Positions 26,602 through 37,700 of a stretch of 64,000 nucleotides of DNA are shown one piece after another; position 1 is the first letter of the stretch; every line of letters starts with the position of its first letter. This DNA comes from an uncultured bacterium (GTDB lineage Bacteria; Planctomycetota; UBA1135; GCA-002686595): contig CALSNU010000002.1 in assembly GCA_943787795.1 (NCBI GenBank), positions 320,001-384,000 of the forward strand, written 5' to 3'. Position numbers and translations under genes: made by a program. The notes below the pieces were generated by a model that was not told the origin of the DNA, ran no database searches, and worked only from the letters and a program-made list of their open reading frames with translations.

Positions 26602-28794
26602 TCAGAGAGCCTCTCGGCTGATCTCTTGACCCGTCACCCCGTCGTACACGACCTCTTCCCCCGGGCAATGCAGGCTGATGGTCTCTACCTCAGCAGTGTG
26701 GCCGAAGGGTCCCGAGACATGGATCCGGAGCGATACGCCGTCCGACACGTTATCTCGGAGAACGATCCGCTGCGTCTTGGTCCCGCCCAGGTCGTCACCG
26801 CTCCAGTCCAGGTCCACCCAAACGTAGGGGTAGTCGTGGTTGCGAGCGATGAAGCAGCACTCCTCGATGCGGAGCTCATCCATAGACTTGAGGTCCGCGA
26901 TCGCACGGTCACCGTTGGTGTAGTCGAAGAGACAGTTCCGGATCGTCACGTTCGTCATCATCTGACCAAGCTCAGGATCGAGCGACTCCAGGTTGCGATC
27001 CTTGTAGGCCAGGAGCGCACCAGAGCTCTCGTGCCCGTCTGAGCGCGGAGTCGAGAACTTGGAGACGAACGAACTGTCCTCGACCAGCAAGGACCCCGGG
27101 AACTCAGAGGTGCCTGGCGTGGCGTAGGTCAGGCTGAATGAGGCCCAGCCCGCGAACCATCCGTTGTCAATGAAGTGGCAGTCTCGAACCGTGTGCGTCG
27201 GCCGATCGATGTACGCGAAGTTGTTTTGCCCGTTGTGGCCGTTAGGGTCCGCCCGGTGACTGAATTGAGCACCCTGGCCGCCGATCCGGAGGAAGGTGCA
27301 ACCGTCCAACGTGGTGTCTCCGTTGCTCGAGACGTAGGTACCGTGCGCCCGCGGGATCTCCGTGAAGTCACAGTTGAAGAAGTGGCGATCCGGAACGTTG
27401 TACTCACGAGTACCGAACAGGAGGCTCGATGAGCCCGGACCAGGATCCGGGCGAACGCTGATGTTGTTCCACGTCAGTGACGACTCACGCTGCAGTACGG
27501 GACCCGACCCGAGGTGCACGTTGAAGGCCCACTGCTTGGAGGAGTGCGGCACGATGCAGAGCGTGTCTGAGTAGGAGATCGCTCCACCCGGCCACTGAGT
27601 GATATCACTGATCTCCGGCTGGACCACTCGCGGCTCACGGTTCATCCGCAGAGCACGGATGCGGAGTCCCTTGTTCTGGTCGACTGTGTTCTCAAGGTAG
27701 TTCTTCGCCACGAAGGGGCCCTGCGAGAATGCGGTCCCAGGCCCCTCGCTCGAGCCTTCCAGAGCGAGCTCGATGTCCTCGAGGCTCAGACCACGTTCGA
27801 GCGACGTCTCGATGTAGGCATCCAGACCCTCGTTGACCCGCACCTTCGGGCCCGGCTGGCCCCCACCTCGCGCGTCATCAGCTGAGTTCGCACGGTCGCG
27901 GATCTTGCGCGCGATGAGCGCCTGATCTGCGGAGAGAATAATGGGGCGGGGCTGGATGAGGTTGACGGGAAGAGTCTTGCCTGACTTGCCCCCCGCGGCG
28001 AAGGCGAACGGTGCCTCCTTCGCGGGCACCGACGCCGAGGGCTCGGTCTCGGATGACCGGGCTTCAGGAACCTCTCGCTGCACCTCGACGGTGTCGAGAC
28101 GGTCCGAGGACGTGCCAGCCGTCTCGCCCATCGCCTCAAGGGGCGGGGCCTCAAGCCGCTGGGGGGCCTCCACCTCGGGCTGGATGACCGGCTCCGTCGG
28201 AACCCGGCTCGAGACCGCATGTGAGATCGAGAGCGCGTTACTCGCGCCCTGCTTGAAGAGGTGCACGCGGTCGACCTTGAACCCCTGGCTACGGCCAGAG
28301 AGCTCGATCTTGTGGTTGCCCGCCTCGAGCTCAAGGACGACCGGACCGACGTTGCCTGCCGTAGAGCGCTGGCGTGTATCCCACGTCCAGTCGCCGCGGA
28401 CAGAGGAGAAGACCTTGGTCCACGCACCACCATCGACCCTGAGCCAGACGTCATTGGCGTCGGTGACGTCAGGGGCGTCATGGCGGTTGTGCAGCCGGAG
28501 CTCGTAGCTTCCCGCTGCTTCAAGGCGCGTCTCGAACCCCACCAGGCCGGTGCCGGGTTGCTTGGCCATGTCAGGGCCCGACCACTCAACGTAGCCCCTA
28601 CCTGCGAAGCCTGCGAGGTCGCTGGACGAGGTCCACCCAGCGGCCTCTGCGAGGTCTTCCATTTCGACGACGACGAGATCGTCGCTCGGTAGATAGGCAC
28701 CGGACTGCGCGAAAACCGCGCCCATGGTGCTCATCGCGCCGAGAGCCGCCGAGCTCGCGATACGCGCTAGTTGAGTCTGAGTCTTGTTGATCAT
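26602..28794 (-). CDS. Secreted protein: N-terminal CBM-like jelly-roll domain, Pro/Glu linker and C-terminal parallel beta-helix-like domain
   Basis: Signal peptide, VVEMED...GRGYVEW...HKIELSGRSQGFKVDR, and repeats of the FFNCDF / LDGCTF / VRDCHF / IRNCLF / IEECCF type. Confidence 0.7.
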   Translation of the reverse strand: MINKTQTQLARIASSAALGAMSTMGAVFAQSGAYLPSDDLVVVEMEDLAEAAGWTSSSDLAGFAGRGYVEWSGPDMAKQPGTGLVGFETRLEAAGSYELRLHNRHDAPDVTDANDVWLRVDGGAWTKVFSSVRGDWTWDTRQRSTAGNVGPVVLELEAGNHKIELSGRSQGFKVDRVHLFKQGASNALSISHAVSSRVPTEPVIQPEVEAPQRLEAPPLEAMGETAGTSSDRLDTVEVQREVPEARSSETEPSASVPAKEAPFAFAAGGKSGKTLPVNLIQPRPIILSADQALIARKIRDRANSADDARGGGQPGPKVRVNEGLDAYIETSLERGLSLEDIELALEGSSEGPGTAFSQGPFVAKNYLENTVDQNKGLRIRALRMNREPRVVQPEISDITQWPGGAISYSDTLCIVPHSSKQWAFNVHLGSGPVLQRESSLTWNNISVRPDPGPGSSSLLFGTREYNVPDRHFFNCDFTEIPRAHGTYVSSNGDTTLDGCTFLRIGGQGAQFSHRADPNGHNGQNNFAYIDRPTHTVRDCHFIDNGWFAGWASFSLTYATPGTSEFPGSLLVEDSSFVSKFSTPRSDGHESSGALLAYKDRNLESLDPELGQMMTNVTIRNCLFDYTNGDRAIADLKSMDELRIEECCFIARNHDYPYVWVDLDWSGDDLGGTKTQRIVLRDNVSDGVSLRIHVSGPFGHTAEVETISLHCPGEEVVYDGVTGQEISREAL

Positions 28795-29196
28795 TTGCTT
28801 TCCCTCTGGGTCTTGCTCTGGCATCTGCGACCAGAGCTAGCGCTCGTCCTGGGAAACAGCCCAGTGAACGATAGCTCCTCAGGCATCGGCAGGTGACGAG
28901 GGCCGTCTAAGCAACTTTCTAGAGATCGAGCGTTCGGTGCCCCATAGGAGGACCCATTTACCTGCCAGTGAGACCGTCGCGAAGCAAGGGACCGCTCACT
29001 GACACGGCAGAGATACTCGGGGCAGGGGATGAACGCGCCCGACCTCCAAGATAGAGACTCTGGAATTGGGGCTGGGTCATGCCTCTACATGGCCGAAAAC
29101 CTTCCTTGTCAAAGGCGACCAGCAGGCCCAATTGGAGCCCGCCAGTAGGCTTGGACCATCGACATCAGCGCTGGGCGGCGAACCGCTGCCCTCCCC

Positions 29197-30762
29197 ATGC
29201 CCAGCAACAGCAGCCCCCACCCGAAGTCCGTTGGGGAGCGGCCGGACTCGATCCAGAGCTTGCTGAGACACGCGTCGATCTACTCGATCACGCCCATCTT
29301 CCAGCGGCTGCTCGGGCTCGTCTTGGTGGGCGTCTACACCGCGGTCCTCCCTGCGGGTGAGTATGGGCTCCTCGGGGTCATCGCGCTCTTCCTCTCCATC
29401 TTCCCGCTGCTCATCGGCACCAGCATCCTCGCCGGGGTCTCGCGGCACTACTTCCTCTACGACGACCCCAAGGACCGCTCGAGCGTCATCTCCGGGGCCG
29501 CGATCGCCCTCGTGGTCTCGTCCTCGGCGGGGGCAGCGCTCATCCTCACCTTCCGCGAGCCGATCGCCGGCTTCCTCTTCGCGGCCCAGGGGAGTACGCC
29601 CAGCCCGGCGCTCGTCGACTACATCTCGATCTGCGCCCTGCTCGTGCCCTTCTCGCTGCTCACGAGGACCGGCACTGAGGCCCTGCAGGCCCAGAAGCGC
29701 TCGAAGGCGGTGGTGGTCATCTCCCTGGCCAAGACGCTGCTAGAGACGGCCCTGAAGCTCTACTTCCTCTTCGTTCCGAAGATGGGAGTGCTGGGGTTTC
29801 TCTACGCCATGCTGATTGGCGAGATGCTGGCGGGAACAGCCTTCGCGATCTACATCGCAAGGGTGCACGGGAAGAGGCTGCTACCCAGGACCTTCAAGCC
29901 CCTCTTCATCTACTCCCTCCCGTTGATTCCCATGGGGATCTTCCAGCTCTGCCTTCACCAGGCAGACACGCTGCTCATCCAGCGCCTCGGGCCCACCGAC
30001 GTGATCGGAATGGGCGCCGATGGCGTGCCGCTGACCGTCGCGAGTCAGTGGCTCGGCGTCTACTTCCTCGGCTACCAGATTCCGTTCCTCTTTCACACGG
30101 CGGTCATGGGGTCCTTCATGCGCATCTGGGCGCCCAGCGTCTTCGCCCTGAATGACGAGCCCGCGAGCCGGGAGAACATGCGGCGGATCGGCACCCTGGT
30201 CGCGCTCTGCATCGGAGGGCTCTATGCCCAGGTGGCCCTCTTCGGCCGCGAAGCGATCCAGCTCGTCGGGCGTCAAGAGGCCTACCAGGCTGCCAATGAG
30301 GTCGTCCCCTGGGTCGCCCTGGGCTACGTCGCCTACGCCCTCTACGGGCTGAGCCAGGTCATCCTCATGAAGGTCTTCGCCGTGGGGCTCTTGGCCGCGC
30401 TGAACGCGGTGGCCCTCGGCGTCAACCTGCTCTTGAACGTCCTCTGGATCCCCGAGTACGGCTCCGTCGGCGCAGCTGCGGCGACCACCGTCTCCTTCAG
30501 CGTCCTCGCTCTGAGCGCGGCCTGGGTATCCGGGCGAAGGGGGGTCCCCCCGTTCTCCTCGGCCTCCGTGCTAGTGGGGTTCCTCCTCGTCGCTGGAGCC
30601 GCGATCGCGGGAGCAGCGATCGATCAAGCCACGGCGCCGTGGGCGGCTGGAGGCCTCGCAGCGAAGGCCGCCATCTCCGTCGCCATGATCATGCTCCTGC
30701 TGGTCTCGCTCCCCACAGGCGACCGGAAGCGGCTCCTGGAGTCGCTCCCGGGCCGCCGCTAG
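29197..30762 (+). CDS. Polysaccharide flippase (Wzx/MATE-like)
   Basis: LLRHASIYS..VYTAVL.AGEYG N-terminus, many TM segments and LWIPEYGSVGAAAAT. Confidence 0.85.
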   Translation: MPSNSSPHPKSVGERPDSIQSLLRHASIYSITPIFQRLLGLVLVGVYTAVLPAGEYGLLGVIALFLSIFPLLIGTSILAGVSRHYFLYDDPKDRSSVISGAAIALVVSSSAGAALILTFREPIAGFLFAAQGSTPSPALVDYISICALLVPFSLLTRTGTEALQAQKRSKAVVVISLAKTLLETALKLYFLFVPKMGVLGFLYAMLIGEMLAGTAFAIYIARVHGKRLLPRTFKPLFIYSLPLIPMGIFQLCLHQADTLLIQRLGPTDVIGMGADGVPLTVASQWLGVYFLGYQIPFLFHTAVMGSFMRIWAPSVFALNDEPASRENMRRIGTLVALCIGGLYAQVALFGREAIQLVGRQEAYQAANEVVPWVALGYVAYALYGLSQVILMKVFAVGLLAALNAVALGVNLLLNVLWIPEYGSVGAAAATTVSFSVLALSAAWVSGRRGVPPFSSASVLVGFLLVAGAAIAGAAIDQATAPWAAGGLAAKAAISVAMIMLLLVSLPTGDRKRLLESLPGRR

Positions 30763-32525
30763 CGCTTGAGCCAGATATCGCCCACGCCGCTCGGCACATA
30801 GTGGGCGTCGAGGAAGGTCTGGACCTCCGGGCCGAGTCCTCTCGTGCCCGCATCACGGATCACCGCCGCCGGAGGATCGGACTCGAGGACCCGTAGCACC
30901 CCGCCGCCCTTGGCTTCCTCGTCAAGGTTCCCAAGCATCCCCCGGTGGAGGAAGAAGTACCGGTAGGCGTGAGGCTGGAAGACCGCACACCCTGTCCAAC
31001 CCGTCAAGACGGCGTCATCGTCCCCGAGCGTGGACGTCATGAAGTCGAACTGCCGCCGGAAGTCGTCGACCGGCTCGACCACGGCCATGCGCGCCGTCAC
31101 GACGAGCGGCCAGGCGCAGAGCGCACAGGTCGCCACCACCGAGAGCGCCTCCTCACGGCGGGCGCGGGCCGCTGCGGCGAGGAGGCAGAGGCTGCCCAGG
31201 GTCACCAACGCCACTCCCGTCGGCTCAGCCGGGAACTGCCGCGCCATCACCGCCCCAGCGCCTGCCGCGCCGAGGCAGGCGACCAGGAGCCCCGCGGCCC
31301 AACCGAGGCGACCGGCCATCAAGGCCACGAGGAGCCCGAAGGCCCCGGCCACGGCCCCCACGAGGAGCGGGTCGAACAGAGCACCAGGGTGGATCGAGAG
31401 CAGCGCTGCCGTCACCGCGGAGATCGAGAGGCCGGCGGCCGCCCCCGTCAACGACAGCCAGTCCTTGACCGACTTTAGGTGGCCCAGCGAGCTCGCTCCG
31501 GCGCACGCGAGGAGCGGCCAGAGGGGCATCAGGAACTGGGGCCACGGGACGGGAATCGTGAACCAACCGCCCAGTATGCAGGCGCTCGCGAGGACGATCA
31601 CCGCCGCTGCGTGGCTTCGCTCGCCTCCGCGCCAGGCCACCGCAAGAAGCTGTAGCAGCCCGAGCCCTCCGAACCCGACCAGGAGCAGATTGCCCTGCAC
31701 CAGCACCTGAAGATAGGCCCAGGGACCCACCTCTCGCTGCCACGCCAGGGGCCCCAGGATGACCTCCTCCACGAACCCTGCCAGCTGGTCCTGGTGGGCC
31801 AGGGACAGGAACAAGAGCACCACCGGCAGCGCGCTCCAGCCGACGAGGGTGAGGAGGTCGGGGATCCCCTCTCGCACTCGTCGCCAGCCGCCCTCGCGGA
31901 GTTGAATGAACAGCACGGCCAGGCCCAGCCCGATGGCGCCAAACGCCAACTTGAACGTGAAGAGCAGGCCAAAGCCTAGCGCCGTGCCTGCGGCCGCGAA
32001 GCAGCGCCGCGGGCCGCCGCGCAGCCCGTCGATCGTGCAGATCACAGCCAGGGTCCAGAGAGCAGCTGCAGGTACATCTGGACGTACCTCCAAGGACTTC
32101 TCCACGAAGAGGAGCGTCGTGGCGTGCAAGGCCACAGCGACGGCCGGGATCAGACCGGTGCTCAATCGGCGGGCCAGCGAATAGGTGAGCCAAAGGCCAG
32201 CCGCTGCCGTCACGGCCATCAAGGCCCGCGATGAGATAAGGGCGGCCCAACTGGCACCGATCAGATCAAGGGGCCACGACAAGAGCCACGCGAACCACGA
32301 GGAGTGGTGCTCGAAGTAGTCCACGTGCGGCGTGAGCCCACGGCTGATGCTGTAGGCGCCGTGGAGATGCTGCATCTCATCCGGGTCGAAGTCCCTGGAG
32401 AGCAGCAGCGGGATCCGATGGAGGACAAGGACGCCGATAAAGAGCAACAGGCACCAGCCCCCTCGGCCCTTCCGGATGTCTCCGGCGGCCTGCGGATCTG
32501 GATGCGCGTCGGTGGTCGTCTTCAA
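30759..32525 (-). CDS. GT-C fold membrane glycosyltransferase (ArnT/PMT-like)
   Basis: DPDEMQHLH after TM1, PHVDYFEHH, EVRPD and multiple TM segments. Confidence 0.75.
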   Translation of the reverse strand: MKTTTDAHPDPQAAGDIRKGRGGWCLLLFIGVLVLHRIPLLLSRDFDPDEMQHLHGAYSISRGLTPHVDYFEHHSSWFAWLLSWPLDLIGASWAALISSRALMAVTAAAGLWLTYSLARRLSTGLIPAVAVALHATTLLFVEKSLEVRPDVPAAALWTLAVICTIDGLRGGPRRCFAAAGTALGFGLLFTFKLAFGAIGLGLAVLFIQLREGGWRRVREGIPDLLTLVGWSALPVVLLFLSLAHQDQLAGFVEEVILGPLAWQREVGPWAYLQVLVQGNLLLVGFGGLGLLQLLAVAWRGGERSHAAAVIVLASACILGGWFTIPVPWPQFLMPLWPLLACAGASSLGHLKSVKDWLSLTGAAAGLSISAVTAALLSIHPGALFDPLLVGAVAGAFGLLVALMAGRLGWAAGLLVACLGAAGAGAVMARQFPAEPTGVALVTLGSLCLLAAAARARREEALSVVATCALCAWPLVVTARMAVVEPVDDFRRQFDFMTSTLGDDDAVLTGWTGCAVFQPHAYRYFFLHRGMLGNLDEEAKGGGVLRVLESDPPAAVIRDAGTRGLGPEVQTFLDAHYVPSGVGDIWLKR

Positions 32526-32649
32526 CGGTGCTCCATTCGCAGAGATGGCCAGAGGGAACTCAGCCGCCCTTGATAATAAGGACCGATCGCCACCACCGCG
32601 TGGTGGTCAGCCCATGATCCCGGCTTGGACTCGAGCCCTCCGCCACGTC

Positions 32650-33987
32650 TCAAGCAGAACGGCGACCGCGATCCGCACCGCCCAGCCAGCGGCTGACGAT
32701 GTCGTACAGATCGTCGATCTCGACCGGCTTGGAGATGAAGTCACTCATGCCGGCGTCCAGACAGGCCTGCCGATCGCCCCGCATGGCGTTCGCTGTCATG
32801 GCGACGATGGGTGGCAGCGGCTTACCGGAGGCCCTCAGGGTCTCGGTCGCCTGAAGGCCTGAGCACTCGGGCATGTGCCAGTCCATCAGCACGAGGTCAA
32901 ACTCGGACTCGAGCGTCGCGCGGACCGCCTCGTTTCCATTCTCCACCCAGGAGACCTGCAGCCCGAAGCGCTCCAACATCTTCTTGGCGACCTTCGCGTT
33001 CGTCAGGTTGTCCTCTGCCAACAGGACTCGGCCAGAGAGGGCTCGCCTCTCTTCAGCCGAGCTCTTCTTGGCCTCCTCCGCGGAGTCCGGAGACCCTTGA
33101 TCCGCTCTCTTGAGGGGCAGGTGGACGATGAACGTCGAGCCCTCTCCCTCTGTGCTCTTGGCCTCCACGCGACCGCCCATCTTCTCGGCCAGCAAGCGGC
33201 AGATGGTGAGTCCGAGCCCAGAGCCACCGAAGCGGCGCGTCGTGGACTGATCCGCCTGCGTGAAGCGCTCGAAGATGCGATCGAGCCGGTCGGGTCGAAT
33301 CCCAACGCCGGTGTCCGCGACCTCGATGACGATGTCCTCGGCTTCGACGCGGACCTTGATGGTCACCGACCCCTCGGCCGTGAACTTCAGCGCGTTCCCC
33401 ACCAGGTTCATGACCACCTGGCGGATACGGAGACCGTCCGCGATGAAGAGGCCCTTCGCCGACTTCTCGACATCAAGAATGAGCGAGAGGCCCCGCTCTT
33501 CAGCGCGACTTGAGAGCAGGCTGACCACCCGTCCGATCAGGTCCTCGAGGTCGGTCGGCGCCTCCTGGAGGTCCATCTGGCCGGACTCGATCTTCGACAG
33601 GTCCAGGATGTCGTTGATGATCCGCATCAGGAGCCGTGCCGAGTCCTCGATCACGCCGACGCACTCCTCCTGCTCCGTGTCCAGCAGGCCCTCGCGCATC
33701 AGGCTGACCATCCCGAGCACACCGTTCATCGGCGTCCGGAGCTCGTGGCTCATGTTGGCGAGGAACTCCGACTTGGATCGGGATGCCTCCTCGGCTTGCC
33801 CGACGGCCGTCCGCAGGGCCTCCGTCCGCTGGAGCACCTTCTCTTCAAGCTCATCACGCGCGCTGGCCAGGGACTGGTTCGCGAGCCACAACTCCGACGC
33901 CTTCGACTCCAGGAGGCCCTCAGCCTCCTGGCGTGCTCTCCGCTCTCTCCCGAGGCGAGAGATCCAGACGTCGTCGCTCGTGGACAT
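32650..33987 (-). CDS. Hybrid histidine kinase (HisKA, HATPase, receiver), cytoplasmic
   Basis: FLANMSHELRTPMNG, NLVGNALKFT, DTGVGI, GGSGLGL and receiver LVLMDWHMP..KP. No TM segment. Confidence 0.93.
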   Translation of the reverse strand: MSTSDDVWISRLGRERRARQEAEGLLESKASELWLANQSLASARDELEEKVLQRTEALRTAVGQAEEASRSKSEFLANMSHELRTPMNGVLGMVSLMREGLLDTEQEECVGVIEDSARLLMRIINDILDLSKIESGQMDLQEAPTDLEDLIGRVVSLLSSRAEERGLSLILDVEKSAKGLFIADGLRIRQVVMNLVGNALKFTAEGSVTIKVRVEAEDIVIEVADTGVGIRPDRLDRIFERFTQADQSTTRRFGGSGLGLTICRLLAEKMGGRVEAKSTEGEGSTFIVHLPLKRADQGSPDSAEEAKKSSAEERRALSGRVLLAEDNLTNAKVAKKMLERFGLQVSWVENGNEAVRATLESEFDLVLMDWHMPECSGLQATETLRASGKPLPPIVAMTANAMRGDRQACLDAGMSDFISKPVEIDDLYDIVSRWLGGADRGRRSA

Positions 33988-33992
33988 CTAAC

Positions 33993-34529
33993 TCAGCTGA
34001 CGACGAAGCGGCAGGCCGTGCCCTCTGATCCCTCGACATCCTCACGGCGAACCGATCGCGTCTCACCGAAGTGCTGCAGGCACCCCTCGATCAGGCCCTC
34101 CGCAAAGTCCGCAAAGGGCCGAGGCGAGGTGTACGTGAGGTCGACGCCCCCGCAGTCCATGATCTTCACGTCGAAGGAGGGCAACTCGGCGTCGGGATAG
34201 AGCTTGCGGACGGCCGTGTGAATGGTGTCCTCGATCCCGGAGAGGAACGTCGGCGCGTCATCGACCCCATCGAAGAACTCAGGGAACTTCTGATAGAAGC
34301 GGTCGAAAAGGTGCTCGCCGAAGGCCTTGATGAGCAAGGGCACGGGGATCCCTGACCGTTCCCCGAGCTTCTGCACGAGGGCGACGAGCTCCCGGAAGTC
34401 ATACGTCCCCACAGCGGTGTAGGCCCCACCGGTCGAGAGCTCGCATCCATCGACCAACGCGTCAACCTCGTCGAGCCCGTTCTGCTGCTCGATCATCTCG
34501 AAGAACTCGGTGAATACGATCCCTTTCAT
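33993..34529 (-). CDS. Heme NO-binding (H-NOX/HNOB) protein
   Basis: MKGIVFTEF, YTAVGTYD, proximal His in IHTAVRKLYPDAELPSF and YxSxR motif YTSPR. Confidence 0.92.
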   Translation of the reverse strand: MKGIVFTEFFEMIEQQNGLDEVDALVDGCELSTGGAYTAVGTYDFRELVALVQKLGERSGIPVPLLIKAFGEHLFDRFYQKFPEFFDGVDDAPTFLSGIEDTIHTAVRKLYPDAELPSFDVKIMDCGGVDLTYTSPRPFADFAEGLIEGCLQHFGETRSVRREDVEGSEGTACRFVVS

Positions 34530-34777
34530 CACATGGCTCCCTTCAGTGAATGTGTCTGACCCTCCGCTACCTGGGTGCAACGGTGGACGCCTGGCTCCGT
34601 GTCCCGGCATGGGAAACATCGGGCCCAAAGCGCCCTTCCTTGAGACTTTTCGGCCCTCATTCATGACCACGCGTCTGGCCTCTATCCGTGGGAACGGCAT
34701 CCTCTTTTGCGTAGCTAGGGGGGCACAAGTGCCCCCGATAGCCGTCCCTTCCCAAGCTCCTTATTCGCCTCCAAGAG

Positions 34778-37700
34778 ATGAGAAGTCCCTGCCAACGCCT
34801 CTTCGTATTCGCCCTCGCGGGTGTCGCATCGTTCATCTGGACCCACGAGGCTGAAGGCCAACAGCGAACATTCCTGGGTGGAGGGGGCCCTGGCGGCCGC
34901 GGCGCCTTCACCTGGACCCAGCGGATCGACTTCGAGCAAGCGCCCGCCGGTACCCAGGTCACATCGGTGACCAGCAACGGAGGGTTCGGCCCCGTCACGA
35001 TCACCGGGATCAACCCGCTCCTCCCGGGTCAGAACGCCGCCGTGCTGTTCGACTCTGCCAACCCAACCGGCGGCGACTTTGACCTCGGAGCTCCCAATGA
35101 GGACTTTGGCGGTCCGGGGATCGGCGCGGGGGGAGGGCTCAACAGCCCGTTCGCGAACCAAAGGGCCCTCGGCAACGTCCTGATCGTCGCGAAGGACCTC
35201 GTCGACACCAACGGAGACGGGCTCATCGACGACCCCGACGACGCCGAGAACGCCGGCACGTCCATCGAACTCGACTTCGTGGCGATCGGCGAGGTCGACC
35301 TCGAGGCGATCACCATCCTCGACGTCGAGCCGAAGCAAACGAACGCCACGATCACCCTCTTCGATCCCACAGGTGCGTCGGTCGGGACTTACATGGTGCC
35401 CATGCCGGGCGACAACGGCGTGACCACCATCGACTTCCCCAACGTCCAGCGCGTGCGACGGGCTGTGATCTGGATGGACGGCTCAGGCGCGATCGACAAC
35501 ATCCTCTTCAACCCGCTGAACATCGGCAGGATCGGGGACACCGTCTGGTGTGACCTGAACAACGACGGGGCCCTCCAACCGGGCGAGCCTGGCATCCCTG
35601 GCGTTCGGGTCGACCTCCGCTGCGCTGGCCTCGACGGCGTCCTCGACACGGCCGACGACACGCTGGCCGACACCGTCTCCAACGCCAACGGGCGCTACCA
35701 GTTCACTGGCCTGCTGCCCGGCCTCTGCCGCGTGACCGTGGATACGGCCACCGTCCCCACGGGGAAGGTCCCCGGCCTCTGCCCTCTCGTCTACGAGGTC
35801 GACCTGATTCCCTTCGGCGTCTATCGCAAGGCAGACTTCTGCTTCATCGACGCACCGGCACGTATCGGCGACTTCGTCTGGTGCGACACGAACGACGACG
35901 GCGTCCAGGACCCCCTCGAGCCGGGCATCCCGAACGTTGGCGTCCGGCTCAACTGCGCCGGTCCGGACGGACAGCTCGGGACCGCGGACGACGTGATCCT
36001 CAACACGACCACGGACCCCTCTGGTCTCTACATCTTCGAGGGCCTGACGCCCGACCTCTGCTCCGTCACGGTGGACCCCTTCAGCGTCCCCTCGGACAAG
36101 ACTCAGGGCTCCAACTGCCCGACGTCCTACACGGTGACGCTCAGCGCAAACGGAGAGTTCCTCGACGCAGACTTCTGCTACATCCCGAACCGCGCGACCC
36201 TCGGTGACTTCGTCTGGTGTGACGAGAACGACGACGGCGTCCAGGATCCCACGGAGCCGGGTATCAGCGGCGTCGAGGTCACGCTCACATGCGCCGGACC
36301 GGACCTCCAGCTTGGCACCCCTGATGACATCATCAGCACGCAGCTGACCGACGCCAACGGCCTCTACCTCTTCACGGACATCACCCCCGGCACCTGCCGC
36401 GCGTCCGTCGACTTCACCGCGCCGCCCGCGAACAAGATCCCCGGCAGCAACTGCCCCCCGAGCATCACGACGGTGCTTGACCCCGGCGAGGCGTTCCTGG
36501 ACGCGGACTTCTGCTTCATCACCCCCGGGGAGATCGGCGATCTTGTCTGGTGCGACCTGGATAACGACGGCGTCTTCGACGCTGGCGAGCCTGGGATCGC
36601 GAACGCGACGGTTGACCTCGTCTGCGCCGGCAATGACGGCGTCATCGGCACGGCGGACGACATCGTCGATTCGACCGTGACCGACGCGAACGGCCTGTAC
36701 CTCTTCACCGGCCTCCCGGCGGGGCTCTGCCTCGTCTCGGTCGACTCCTCGACCGTTCCCGTCGGAAAGGTCCCCGGCGTGTGCCCCACGGAGTACACGG
36801 TCAACCTGCCCCTCGCGGGCTCCTTCCTCGACGCTGACTTCTGCTTCATCATCCCCGGCGAAGTCGGTGACTTCGTCTGGTGTGACGAGAACAACAACGG
36901 CCTGCAGGACCCCGGTGAGCCCGGCATCGCCGGCGTCTCCGTCGAGCTTCGCTGCGCTGGCCCGGATGGCGTCATCGACACGGCGGACGACGTGGTCGCC
37001 AGCACCGTGACGAACGCGTTCGGTCTGTACCTGTTCACCGACGTCTTTCCGGATGACTGCGTCGCGCGGGTGGACCCGTCCACCGCGCCCGCGGACAAGG
37101 AGGTCGGGGTCTGCCCCACGGAGGTGACCTTTAGCCTCGCGCCGTCCGAGTCCTTCCTCGATGCGGACTTCTGCTTCCGAAGCCGCCCGGCCTCACTCGG
37201 CGACTTCGTCTGGTGCGACCTCAACAACGACGGCGTCCAGGACCCCGGTGAACCCGGGATCGAAGGCGCCCTCGTCGAGCTCCGCTGCGCCGGGACGGAC
37301 AACGTGCTGAACACGGCGGACGACATCCTTGAGTCGCAGCTCACGGATGCGGCGGGCGCCTACCTCTTCGACCCTGTGGCCCCTGGCCTCTGCGTCGCGC
37401 AGGTCGTGCCCTCGAGCGTCACCGACAAGATCCCGGGCGTGTGCCCGATCAGCGTCACGCTGATCCTGTCACCCGGACAGGCGTTCCTCGACGCGGACTT
37501 CTGCTTCATCGAGCCCCCCGTGGGCAGCATCGGTGACTTTGTCTGGTGCGATGAGAACGACGACGGGGTCCAGGACCCCGGCGAGCCCGGTATCGAGGGT
37601 GTGCGCGTCGACCTCCGCTGCGCCGGCCCCGACACGATCCTCAACACGGCCGACGACATCCTCGACTCCATGGTGACCGGCCCGGCTGGGATGTACCTCT

